A stretch of 51,502 bases of DNA. Origin: Bacteroidota bacterium (lineage in GTDB: Bacteria; Bacteroidota; Ignavibacteria; UBA10030; UBA6906). Both the position numbers and the translations under genes were made by a program. The stretch is taken from contig JAGDMK010000002.1 in assembly GCA_017860635.1 (NCBI GenBank), positions 1 to 51,502 of the forward strand. Reading direction: 5' to 3'. Below the pieces are notes generated by a model that had not been told where the DNA came from, ran no database searches, and saw only the letters and a list, made by a program, of their open reading frames with translations. Positions 17,978 through 27,275 of the stretch are shown here, piece by piece; position 1 is the stretch's first letter; the number at the start of each line of letters is the position of its first letter.

Positions 17978-20900
17978 TCCAACGGATCGATATGTGGAAA
18001 AGAATTGCCGCTGTGATGCTGTCACTGATGGGGATTGTCCTCGTGAACACATCAGGGCACGCACAGCAGATTGCGATCCCGCGCATAGACCAGATGCCGG
18101 ACATGCCATCGCCATACACCATGCGCAACTGGAAGCGGGTTGCCCTGGCATACGATTCGCTGGCATTCGATCTTGCGCGCAGCGGTCAGTATTTCCCGCT
18201 TGCCTTCCTCATGGCGAACCCGGTCAATTATCCAGGTCAGACGAGCTTCGGCCTTCACTCCTATGTGGGCGACGGACGCTCGGAAACCGGTGAGGCCATC
18301 AACGTACTGCCGGCAGTTGTCGGGGCCTCGCTCTGCGGAGCGGACAAGCGGCAACAGTTCGGACGTGACTGGGTCGTGATGTGCCAGGAGTATTTCAACA
18401 ACCGTCCGGAAGAACACGTTTACCTGAATGAGCCGGTGACGCAGAGCGGATCGGATTGGTGGTACGATGTGATGCCGAATGTGTTCTTCTATCAACTCGC
18501 TTCTCTGCATCCGGGTGCGGGGGATTTCACACGCCAGTTCGGACTGGTGGCTGACAGATGGCTTGCGGCGGTCTATGCCATGGGAGGAAGCCTCGCACCG
18601 TGGTCGCACCCAGGTCTCGAGCACCGCGGGTGGTACCTTGCCACGATGAGGCCCAACAACGAGACTCCCCATGAACCTGAAGCCGGCGGCTCCATTGCCT
18701 GGCTCTTGTATCACGCTTCCGTGGCCACGGGGAAGAAGGAGTACCGGTATGGAGCGGAATTGTGCATGGAGGAGCTGAATGCGTACACAACAAATCCGGC
18801 ATATGAGCTGCAGCTCCCCTACGGCACATACCTCGCGGCACGGATGAACGGAGAAATCGGCACCACCTTCGATGTAGAGAAGATGGTGAACTGGTGTTTC
18901 AATGTGTCACCCCTCCGGAGCTGGGGAGCGGTTGTGGGAACCTGGGGCGGCTATGATTGCTCGGGCTTGATCGGAGAAGTGAACGGCTGGAACGACTATG
19001 CATTTGCGATGAACACATTCGAGCAGATCGGGGCACTCGTGCCGCTCGTGCGGTATGATCCCCGGTTTGCCAGGGCTATTGGCAAATGGACATTGAATGC
19101 AGCCAATGCAAGCCGGCTCTTTTATGGAGGGTATCTGCCGGATGTCAACCAGGACAGCAGGGCATGGTCGGGTCAGTATGATCCGGGCTCGGTCCTCGCT
19201 CATGAAGCGCTCCGGCAAGGTGGACCGGGTCAGGTGAGTCCGTACGCAACGGGTGATGCCATTGCAGGAGGGTGGGCGCCGACCAACCTCTCGCTGTATA
19301 GTTCGTCGCATGCCGGAATTCTTGGTGCCATCATCGATACGACGAATGTGCCAGGTGTGCTGAAGCTGGATCTTCTTGCGACGGACTACTTCCATGCCCC
19401 GGCCTATCCCACCTTTCTGTTCTACAATCCGGATTCACTCACGCGCATTGTAAACTTCGCTGTCGGTAATGGAGCTCATGATCTCTACAATACGGTGACG
19501 AAGATATTCCTTGCCCGCGGGATTACCGGTGCCGCGAGCATCTCTCTTCTACCGCGCAGCGCGGTCGTTGCGGTCATCACTCCCTCCGGAGGCACGGTGA
19601 CCTACGACGAGGAGCGAATGCTTATCGACGGAATCGTGGTGGACTACCGGTCGGACCACGTTCCTTCCAACCATCGCCCGCGGATAAAAGGCTTCGGTGC
19701 CAGACCTTCCACCATATACCTGGGCGGAGATGCACAGCTCTCCTGCACCGCAGTGGATGCCGACGGGGACTCGCTTGTATTCGAGTGGTCGGCCACAGGC
19801 GGCACGCTCACCGCAGGTGGATCCACGGGATCCTGGACGGCGCCGGTAACAAAAGGAGTGTTCGATGTTGTATGCCGGATTTCAGACGGGAATGGCGGAG
19901 GCGACACAGCCCGTACGGCCATCACGGTGGTTGATTCGGCTCTTACCGTTCCTGTCATCCGTGAGATCGTCGCGCGGCCGGGGAAGGTGGATCGTGGCGC
20001 CACGACAACCGTGACCTGCCATGCAAACGATCCGTCGGGAAAGACGCTCACGTATTCATGGTTGGCCTCCGGGGGGACCATCCTGGGGCAGGATTCTGCT
20101 GTTCAATGGACCGCGCCGTCGGCTGCAGGGAACTATACCCTGGTGTGCACCGTGAACAACGGGCAAGGTGGGACAGACAAAGACAGCGTCCTGGTGCCGG
20201 TGCGCGACTTCTCGCTCACCGGAACGGGAAACCTGATCCTCTCCTTGACCTGCAACGGGAATCTGACTGATGCGAGCAGCTACGGCAACCCCGTGACCCC
20301 GACGGACATCACTTTTGTTGCTGACCGGCACGGGACAACCGGTCACGCCTGTGGATTCAACGGTGGCACCAGTTCACTGCGAATACCAAACACGGCGGCG
20401 TTGAGTTGTGACACAGCGATCTCTGTGAGTCTCTGGTTCAAACCAGGTCTCCAGATGGCGAAGGAGATGTTTCTGATTTCTCACGGAAGCTGGCAGAATC
20501 GCTGGAAGATCTCGCTGACCCCCGAGGGAAGAGTGCGGTGGACAGTGAAGACCACAGCAGGCGTCAGGGATGTGGATTCACGGACTCGTATTGTACCGGG
20601 AACGTACTATTTTGTGTCCGGGATCTACAATGGTGCCGATCTCGAGGTGTATCTGAACGGCGAGTTTGAAAACTTCGTGCCCTGGTCCGGGACACTCCTG
20701 AAGCCCGCTATCGACCTGATGGTGGGACAGATGCTTCCCGGGGATGCCAACTATAATTTTCAGGGAGTCATAGACGAGATCACCCTTCATGATTACGCGC
20801 TGACCTCCCCGCAGGTCAAGAGCCTGTGCCAGGTTGTTTCTTCAGTGAGTGGCGGCGACGCGTCCCCGGTTCCTTCTTCCACAGCCCTGACGGGAATATT

Positions 20901-21183
20901 TCCGAACCCTTTCAATGCCGGTGCGCAGATACAGTTTGTCATCGCGGCTGATGATGACCAGAGTCGGATCCGTCCTTCAGGAGAGATCGGTGGGTATCGC
21001 CAGGTTTCTGTGCGCGTCTATGACATACTGGGGAGAACTGTGGAGACCCTTGTGGAAGCTCCGCTCAGGCCGGGCCGCTATTCGGCGTGGTTCGATGGAA
21101 GCCGCGTGGCAAGCGGGGTCTACTGGTGCCGGCTGACGGCCGGGGCCCATACGGTTGTAGGCAAAATGCTGCTACTCCGATGA
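17974..21183 (+). CDS. T9SS-secreted multidomain protein: uncharacterised N-terminal putative catalytic domain, two PKD/Ig-like domains, LamG domain, sorting domain
   Basis: Signal peptide; two A.D..G..L.(F/Y).W.A.GG PKD/Ig repeats; LamG-3 (ISVSLWFKP...YLNGE...FQGVIDEI...YALT); C-terminal FPNPFN...VYDILGR...SGVYWCRL...KMLLLR. Confidence 0.85.
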   Translation: MIQRIDMWKRIAAVMLSLMGIVLVNTSGHAQQIAIPRIDQMPDMPSPYTMRNWKRVALAYDSLAFDLARSGQYFPLAFLMANPVNYPGQTSFGLHSYVGDGRSETGEAINVLPAVVGASLCGADKRQQFGRDWVVMCQEYFNNRPEEHVYLNEPVTQSGSDWWYDVMPNVFFYQLASLHPGAGDFTRQFGLVADRWLAAVYAMGGSLAPWSHPGLEHRGWYLATMRPNNETPHEPEAGGSIAWLLYHASVATGKKEYRYGAELCMEELNAYTTNPAYELQLPYGTYLAARMNGEIGTTFDVEKMVNWCFNVSPLRSWGAVVGTWGGYDCSGLIGEVNGWNDYAFAMNTFEQIGALVPLVRYDPRFARAIGKWTLNAANASRLFYGGYLPDVNQDSRAWSGQYDPGSVLAHEALRQGGPGQVSPYATGDAIAGGWAPTNLSLYSSSHAGILGAIIDTTNVPGVLKLDLLATDYFHAPAYPTFLFYNPDSLTRIVNFAVGNGAHDLYNTVTKIFLARGITGAASISLLPRSAVVAVITPSGGTVTYDEERMLIDGIVVDYRSDHVPSNHRPRIKGFGARPSTIYLGGDAQLSCTAVDADGDSLVFEWSATGGTLTAGGSTGSWTAPVTKGVFDVVCRISDGNGGGDTARTAITVVDSALTVPVIREIVARPGKVDRGATTTVTCHANDPSGKTLTYSWLASGGTILGQDSAVQWTAPSAAGNYTLVCTVNNGQGGTDKDSVLVPVRDFSLTGTGNLILSLTCNGNLTDASSYGNPVTPTDITFVADRHGTTGHACGFNGGTSSLRIPNTAALSCDTAISVSLWFKPGLQMAKEMFLISHGSWQNRWKISLTPEGRVRWTVKTTAGVRDVDSRTRIVPGTYYFVSGIYNGADLEVYLNGEFENFVPWSGTLLKPAIDLMVGQMLPGDANYNFQGVIDEITLHDYALTSPQVKSLCQVVSSVSGGDASPVPSSTALTGIFPNPFNAGAQIQFVIAADDDQSRIRPSGEIGGYRQVSVRVYDILGRTVETLVEAPLRPGRYSAWFDGSRVASGVYWCRLTAGAHTVVGKMLLLR

Positions 21184-21196
21184 GTATCATCAGGTC

Positions 21197-21427
21197 CTCA
21201 CCAACGGTGAATACCCGCGCCGGCATTCCGGCGCGAACAGTATCTCGTGAACGATCCTTGATGAGTCAAGAAGCTCACCAACGGTGAATACCCGCGCCGG
21301 CATTCCAGCGCGAACAGTATCTCGTGAACGATCCTTGATGAGTCAAGAAGCTCACCAACGGTGAATACCCGCGCCGGCATTCCGGCGCGAAGAGCATCTC
21401 ATGAGCAGTCCTCGAAGAGTCAAGATG
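21197..21427. repeat. Three tandem copies of a 77-bp palindrome-rich intergenic unit (REP/BIME-like)
   Basis: Units start at 21197, 21274 and 21351 with ctcaccaacggtgaatacccgcgccggcattccggcgcgaa. Copy 2 differs from copy 1 by 1 nt; copy 3 differs at 9 of the last 36 nt. Confidence 0.95.
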
Positions 21428-21471
21428 CTTCCCGGAGGATGTATACTCAACACACCATGCGAAAGAAAACG

Positions 21472-23928
21472 ATGTCCAAGCAGACAATTGACCTGAGCGG
21501 CTCATGGCAATTTCGATGTGAAGACACGTACAATGCCCTTCCCCGCAGCCATCAGTCGTTGGCACGGTGGATGAAAGCGGCCGTTCCCGGAACGGTCCAT
21601 ACCGACCTTATGGCCGCCGGCAAGATCGCCGATCCGTTCTACCGCACCAATGAAAACGACATTCAGTGGATAGACAGAGTGCGGTGGATCTACAGACGGA
21701 CCTTCGTTGTTTCCGATGCCGTTTTGCAGGAGCAGGCGATCGAGCTGGTGGCCGAAGGTCTCGACACCTTTGCGGCCATCCGGATCAACGATAGCCAGGT
21801 CGGATCTGCGTTCAACATGTTCATCGGGCATCGCTTCGACGTAAAATCCTCTCTCCATCCTGGCATCAATACGATTGAAATCGCCTTTGACTCTCCGACC
21901 GTGAGAGCGAAGGCGATTGAACAGGAACATGGAAGACTCCGGGTTGCGCTGGAGTCGTATCGGGCCTACGTACGCAAAGCCCAGTATTCGTTCGGGTGGG
22001 ACTGGGGGCCGAAACTCACCACATCCGGCATATGGCGCCCCATCCGCATTGAAGCGTACTCCGGCGGACGGCTCAAGGATCCAGTCGTCCGTGTGGTCTC
22101 GGCAGATGCAGATGCGGCAGAGATAGTCGTTGCCGTGTCGGTAACCAACGAAGGAAACGCACAGCACGAGCTGGACATCAGTATTACGGGAGGAGACAGG
22201 GAGGTAAAGTCATCAGCCGTCGTAGCGGGAGCGAACGCCGTGCTGAAGTGCTCCGTCTCCCAACCCAGACTCTGGTGGCCCAACGGATACGGGGAGCAGC
22301 ACCTGTACACTGCGGAACTTGCCCTCCGGCTCGGCACAGAGGTGGTGGACACGGCAAGTGTGCGTTTTGCCATTCGTACCGTGCGTCTCGTTCAGGAACC
22401 GGACGAAGAAGGGCGTTCGTTCATCATAGAGGTGAACGGGGTGCCGGTGTTCTGCAAGGGTGCCGACTGGATTCCATCGGACAGTTTCATTCCGAGGATC
22501 AAGGACGCTACATACACCCGTCTTCTCACAATGGCCCGCGACGCGTCCATGAACATGATCCGTGTGTGGGGAGGAGGGATTTATGAGCAGGAGATCTTCT
22601 ATGACCTCTGCGACCGCCTCGGTCTCATGGTGTGGCAGGATTTCATGTTCGCGTGCGGCGAGTACCCCGATCATCCTGCATTCCTGGAGGCAGTGCGCGA
22701 GGAAGCGGAATCGGTTGTGCGCCGTCTGCGCAACCATCCGTGCATCGTGCTCTGGTGTGGCAACAACGAATGTGAGTGGCTCTTCTGTACCGAAAATCCC
22801 GCCAAGACCCCTGATGACATGAGGGGCGCACCGATCTTCCGCGATGTCCTTGCCAGAGTTGTGCGCGATCAGGACGGCACGCGTCCCTACTGGCGCAGCA
22901 CGCCGTTCGGAGAGGGCTTCCCGAATGCACAGGATAACGGAAACCACCATCAGTGGGAAGTGTGGAGCGCATGGAAGGACTTCCTCCACTACCGCGAGAA
23001 CCACGCACGGTTTGTTTCCGAGTTCGGTTTTCAGGGTCCGCCCGATCCCCGCACACTCGAGCGTGTGACGCTGCCGGAGGACCGGTCACTTCATTCGGCA
23101 GTGGTGCAGCACCATAACAAACAGGTGGAAGGAATGGAGAGGCTCTTCCGGTTCCAGGCTGCGCATTACCCTGTGGCGGCGGACTGGGCCGGGTTCTTCC
23201 ACACGGGTCAACTGGTGCAGGCCGACGCGTTGAAGTGCGCCGTTGAGCACTGGCGCCGGAGGAAATTCAGAACAGGCGGGGCGCTGTTCTGGCAGCTCAA
23301 CGACTGCTGGCCTGTGATGAGCTGGTCCGTGATCGATGCCGATCTCCGCCCGAAGGCGTCGTACTATGCCGCACGCCGTTTCTTTGCACCTGTGCTCGTC
23401 TCCCTCGCGCAGGCCGGACCGGATATTCGGGTGTGGGGGACGAACGACTTCCTCGTGGATGTGCCGTCAAGGGTGTCGCTGTCTCTCCGTTCATTCAACG
23501 GAGACGTGCTCTGGCGCAAGAACATGCGCGTCGTGGTACCGCCCAATGCATCCGTCATCCTGTACACGGTGCCCGGGATTGTGATGCGCAAGGTGGATCC
23601 CGCAACCATGTACCTTCATGCAGTCCTTGCCTATGCAGGTGGAGGGGTGACGGAGAACAGGCATTACTTCCTTGAGCCCAAGCATCTTAAGCTGCCGCAT
23701 GCCCGCGTTGCCATCAGCGTGCGGAAGTCAGGTCCCGGTGTTTACCGGGCACGCGTGCGTTCCACGAAGTTTGCGTTTGGCGTCGCTCTGACTGCGGCAG
23801 TCGATGCAGACATCCATGAGAATTGGTTTGACCTGGATGTGGGGAGCGCGCGGGATGTCATAATCTCGAGCGAACTGCCGCTTGCTCAACTGCGTCGGAC
23901 GATTGCCGTCCGTGCACTCAATTCATGA
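21472..23928 (+). CDS. Beta-mannosidase, glycoside hydrolase family 2 (cytoplasmic)
   Basis: RKAQYSFGWDWGP, KGADWIP, MNMIRVWGGG, WQDFMF, GNNE (acid/base), SEFG (nucleophile), WQLND; no signal peptide; start 21457 or 21472. Confidence 0.93.
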   Translation: MSKQTIDLSGSWQFRCEDTYNALPRSHQSLARWMKAAVPGTVHTDLMAAGKIADPFYRTNENDIQWIDRVRWIYRRTFVVSDAVLQEQAIELVAEGLDTFAAIRINDSQVGSAFNMFIGHRFDVKSSLHPGINTIEIAFDSPTVRAKAIEQEHGRLRVALESYRAYVRKAQYSFGWDWGPKLTTSGIWRPIRIEAYSGGRLKDPVVRVVSADADAAEIVVAVSVTNEGNAQHELDISITGGDREVKSSAVVAGANAVLKCSVSQPRLWWPNGYGEQHLYTAELALRLGTEVVDTASVRFAIRTVRLVQEPDEEGRSFIIEVNGVPVFCKGADWIPSDSFIPRIKDATYTRLLTMARDASMNMIRVWGGGIYEQEIFYDLCDRLGLMVWQDFMFACGEYPDHPAFLEAVREEAESVVRRLRNHPCIVLWCGNNECEWLFCTENPAKTPDDMRGAPIFRDVLARVVRDQDGTRPYWRSTPFGEGFPNAQDNGNHHQWEVWSAWKDFLHYRENHARFVSEFGFQGPPDPRTLERVTLPEDRSLHSAVVQHHNKQVEGMERLFRFQAAHYPVAADWAGFFHTGQLVQADALKCAVEHWRRRKFRTGGALFWQLNDCWPVMSWSVIDADLRPKASYYAARRFFAPVLVSLAQAGPDIRVWGTNDFLVDVPSRVSLSLRSFNGDVLWRKNMRVVVPPNASVILYTVPGIVMRKVDPATMYLHAVLAYAGGGVTENRHYFLEPKHLKLPHARVAISVRKSGPGVYRARVRSTKFAFGVALTAAVDADIHENWFDLDVGSARDVIISSELPLAQLRRTIAVRALNS

Positions 23929-23952
23929 GTTTCTTTGACATGAGGCGTTGAT

Positions 23953-25065
23953 ATGAAAACCTACCCCATCACCGTCGAGCGCTGTAACGGCGCCGTCCCG
24001 ATCATCGTGCCGGGATCGAATTGGTGGGAAACGGGGGTCACCTTTAATGCGGCGGCGTTGTATCTCGAACGATCGGCAGCGAATGATAAAATTATCCAGA
24101 CCTTGTTGCCTATGCGTCGTCTGTCTGATGCCGATCTGCACAACGGCATCATCGTGATTCACTACCGTGCCCGGCCGGAGACGGATCCGGGATTGCCGTT
24201 TGTCCGCAGCTTCATCGGCCTGGCACTGTTCACTCCCGAATTCAAACCTCTCTATCGCTACAAAGAGCCCGTGATCTTTCCCGAGCCCATGCCCGATGGA
24301 GCTGACTATCTGGGTGTGGAGGATCCCCGGATCACACGCATCGGGAATACATTCACTATGGTGTATTGCGGCCTGAAAGCAGATCCGGAAACGGTGTATC
24401 ATACACAGCTCTGCACCGCGCGCTCGACCGATCTCCTGCATTGGGAGAAACTGGGACCCATGCGGGGGGATATCAACGCGCACTATAACAAAGATGGAGT
24501 GCTCTTTCCGGGGGCTGAGCAGGGGAAGTACTATCTGCTTCACCGGCCATGGTGGAATGGATTGCCTCATGCGGATTATGCCATGAATCTGGCGGTCAGT
24601 AATGCCCCGGACGGTACATGGCGTGACCTCGGACCGATTATGCATTCCTTCCACAACCCGCGGTTTAAAGAATCCTGGATCGGCGCCGGCGGTGTGCCTG
24701 TGCCCCTGGGCGATGGCAGATATATGATGATCTATCATACCGGCAACAGCAGGGCCGATAGCACCCTGGAATACGATCTGGATGCGGCGTTGCTGGATAT
24801 GCGCCACGCGGAGACGGATCCTGCCTCAGTCGTGCGCGGCCGCATCGAACACTTCATGGTCCCGGAGACGCCGGAAGAGCTCGGGTCCAGCTCCACACTG
24901 CAGGTGCAGAACGTCCTGTTCACATGCGGGTCGTATGTCTATGGTGACCACCTGTACATTGTCTATGGCGGCGCCGACACGTATCTTCTTGCTGCGCGGG
25001 TGGAGATCGCTACGCTTATGCGGGAGCTGGAGGCGGCAGACCTCAAGAATCCATTTGTCGCATAG
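23953..25065 (+). CDS. GH130 beta-mannoside phosphorylase/mannosidase
   Basis: FNAAA, GVEDPRIT, NKDGVLFP, LHRP, IYH, NVLFTCG, YGGAD five-bladed propeller motifs. Confidence 0.88.
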   Translation: MKTYPITVERCNGAVPIIVPGSNWWETGVTFNAAALYLERSAANDKIIQTLLPMRRLSDADLHNGIIVIHYRARPETDPGLPFVRSFIGLALFTPEFKPLYRYKEPVIFPEPMPDGADYLGVEDPRITRIGNTFTMVYCGLKADPETVYHTQLCTARSTDLLHWEKLGPMRGDINAHYNKDGVLFPGAEQGKYYLLHRPWWNGLPHADYAMNLAVSNAPDGTWRDLGPIMHSFHNPRFKESWIGAGGVPVPLGDGRYMMIYHTGNSRADSTLEYDLDAALLDMRHAETDPASVVRGRIEHFMVPETPEELGSSSTLQVQNVLFTCGSYVYGDHLYIVYGGADTYLLAARVEIATLMRELEAADLKNPFVA

Positions 25066-25116
25066 GATCTACCTGGTTCGTTTTAATAGACAGCCGGAAC
25101 TTCGAGGGTCAACATC

Positions 25117-26163
25117 ATGACAGCACCGCGCGTCGAACGGCTTCACGGGGGACAACCGCTGATTGAGAAGGTTGAAACTCATCCCTGGGAGAACAAAGTT
25201 ACCTTCAACCCGGCTTGCGTGCTTGTAGAAGATCAGGTCATGAAGCGGGCCGTTGTGCACGCGCTTCCGGTAGACGAGACCACCCGCAACCGTCTTTTGG
25301 GAGAGGCCGCACTCGTCATGCTCCTCTACCGCGCGCAGGGCAGAAGGACACCGGAGAAAGACCATACCAGGTCTGTGCTTGGCCTGGCTGTCTGCTCGCC
25401 GGACCTGCGCGTGCTCGCTCGCCTGGATCAACCCGTGATGATTCCGGAGGGAGAGTACGAGGATTTGGGTGTGGAAGATCCGCGGATCATGCGCGTGGGC
25501 GACCAGTTTGTCATGATCTACACAGGGTATGCGTCAGGCCGGGAGCGCAACAGAGTCCGCATCCTGATTGCCACATCGGAGGATGCGGTTCACTGGAAGA
25601 AGCATGGTCCGCTGCGCGGAACATTCAACACTGTGGACAACAAAAACGGGATGCTCTTCGAACCGGCTACCGGCAAGAACCTGCTGATGCTGCACAGGCC
25701 CATGGAGGGTGCAAATGCGATGAGGGTTCACTGGGCAGAGAGCGGGGATCTGTTCGGAGAATGGAAAGACAGGGGACTTTTCATGGACTGGAGGCCGAAT
25801 CCGCAGTTCAAGGATGTCTGGGTCGGAGGCGGGGCGCCGCCGATGTTGCTTTCTGACGGACGGTATCTTATCCTGTATCACATAGGCAACAGGGATGTCG
25901 TCGGGAAGCGCGAGTATGATCTGGGCATAGCACTCTGTGACCCGGGGCGGCCGGATCCGATTCTCCGCCGTACAGAGCCGCTGCTTCGTCCGACGACACC
26001 GCAGGAGACAATTGGTGACGCGGACCTCGGCGTGAACAACGTTGTGTTCGTGTGCGGGGCGTACTTCTGGCAGGGAGACCTGTATTTCCCGTACCAGGGA
26101 GCAGATACCTGCATCCTTGGTGCTCGCATCCCCGGGTCCGAGCTCGACCGTTTCATTTCCTGA
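25117..26163 (+). CDS. GH130 beta-mannoside phosphorylase/mannosidase (second paralogue)
   Basis: FNPAC, LYRA, GVEDPRI, NKNGMLF, LHRP, LYH, NVVFVCG, YQGAD. Confidence 0.88.
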   Translation: MTAPRVERLHGGQPLIEKVETHPWENKVTFNPACVLVEDQVMKRAVVHALPVDETTRNRLLGEAALVMLLYRAQGRRTPEKDHTRSVLGLAVCSPDLRVLARLDQPVMIPEGEYEDLGVEDPRIMRVGDQFVMIYTGYASGRERNRVRILIATSEDAVHWKKHGPLRGTFNTVDNKNGMLFEPATGKNLLMLHRPMEGANAMRVHWAESGDLFGEWKDRGLFMDWRPNPQFKDVWVGGGAPPMLLSDGRYLILYHIGNRDVVGKREYDLGIALCDPGRPDPILRRTEPLLRPTTPQETIGDADLGVNNVVFVCGAYFWQGDLYFPYQGADTCILGARIPGSELDRFIS

Positions 26164-26189
26164 CTTCAGCCACGAAAGGAGCAGTGACC

Positions 26190-26999
26190 ATGTCATCAAC
26201 ATCCCCGTGCGGTATCGTCTTTGTTCTCGGTGCCGCATTTCTGCTCTGCAGCCTGCAGCATTCCTTCGCACAAGGCCGGGTGGAAACCGGTTTCCTGAAC
26301 CGCACAGTCGAAATCGCGGGAACGGTCTACAAATATCAGATCTACATGCCGTCCACGTATACGCAAGCACAGGCCTGGCCTGTGATTCTGTTCCTGCATG
26401 GGGCAGGTGAGCGCGGAAAAGATGGACTCCTCCAGACGCAGACGGGACTTGGCGCAGCAATTCGCCAGAATGCTGACCGGTATCCCGCCATAGTCGTATT
26501 TCCTCAGTGTCCTCCTGATTCCATATGGGTGGGAGAGCCCTCGCAGGCGGCGATGATGGCTCTTCAAAAAACGCTGAAGGAATTCAAGACCGATGCGGAC
26601 CGGGTATACCTTACCGGACTCTCCATGGGTGGCAATGGCACATGGTATCTCGCCTATCGCCATCCGCAAATCTTTGCGGCTGCAGCGCCGATCTGCGGAT
26701 GGATTCAGAGGGACACTTCATGGATCAGCATGTTCGACCCTGTGGTTCCGGAGAACACAGATGCTGCATTTGAGATCGTGGCGAAGAAGCTCGTCCGCCT
26801 TCCGGTGTGGATCTTCCACGGGGAAGCAGACCCGGCGGTTCCGGTGGGTCAATCGCGGGGCGCTGCCGCCGCTCTGACCGCCATCGGCGCTCCGGTGAAG
26901 TATACCGAGCTCCCGGGCACCGGGCACAACTCATGGGACGCCGCTTACGGTTCCGAGAAATTCGTAACATGGCTGTTCGAGCAGCGCCGGGGGAAATAG
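26190..26999 (+). CDS. Exported alpha/beta-hydrolase (carboxylesterase / predicted peptidase, COG4099-like)
   Basis: Signal peptide; FLHGAGERG, GLSMGG nucleophile, HGEADPAVP, GHNSW catalytic His; SD aaaggag. Confidence 0.88.
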   Translation: MSSTSPCGIVFVLGAAFLLCSLQHSFAQGRVETGFLNRTVEIAGTVYKYQIYMPSTYTQAQAWPVILFLHGAGERGKDGLLQTQTGLGAAIRQNADRYPAIVVFPQCPPDSIWVGEPSQAAMMALQKTLKEFKTDADRVYLTGLSMGGNGTWYLAYRHPQIFAAAAPICGWIQRDTSWISMFDPVVPENTDAAFEIVAKKLVRLPVWIFHGEADPAVPVGQSRGAAAALTAIGAPVKYTELPGTGHNSWDAAYGSEKFVTWLFEQRRGK

Positions 27000-27275
27000 A
27001 CCGCTTCATTAATAATAAGGATGGACACGTCGACACGGTGGATGTCCAAGCCACCGCCCGACGCCCCCATCAGCAGGCCAGAGGTGATTCGGTCCAGCGC
27101 GCAGGGACCAATGGTCCACTCGGTTTGACAATTCTGTGACAACTGCAGCATCGCTGCGCAGTACATTGTGACCGTTCCTCCCGGGACCATCCGATGCCGG
27201 ATGTCCCCGGGGGCATCGGTGGAGCTCTCCCTCCCGGTGACGGAGAACACCGCTGCAAAAAAGAGCGGGCTGTCT

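Noticed and set aside
21197-21427. CRISPR array (41-nt repeat + 36-nt spacers)
   Set aside because: The putative spacers are identical or homologous to each other, and no cas genes are present. It is a tandem repeat.
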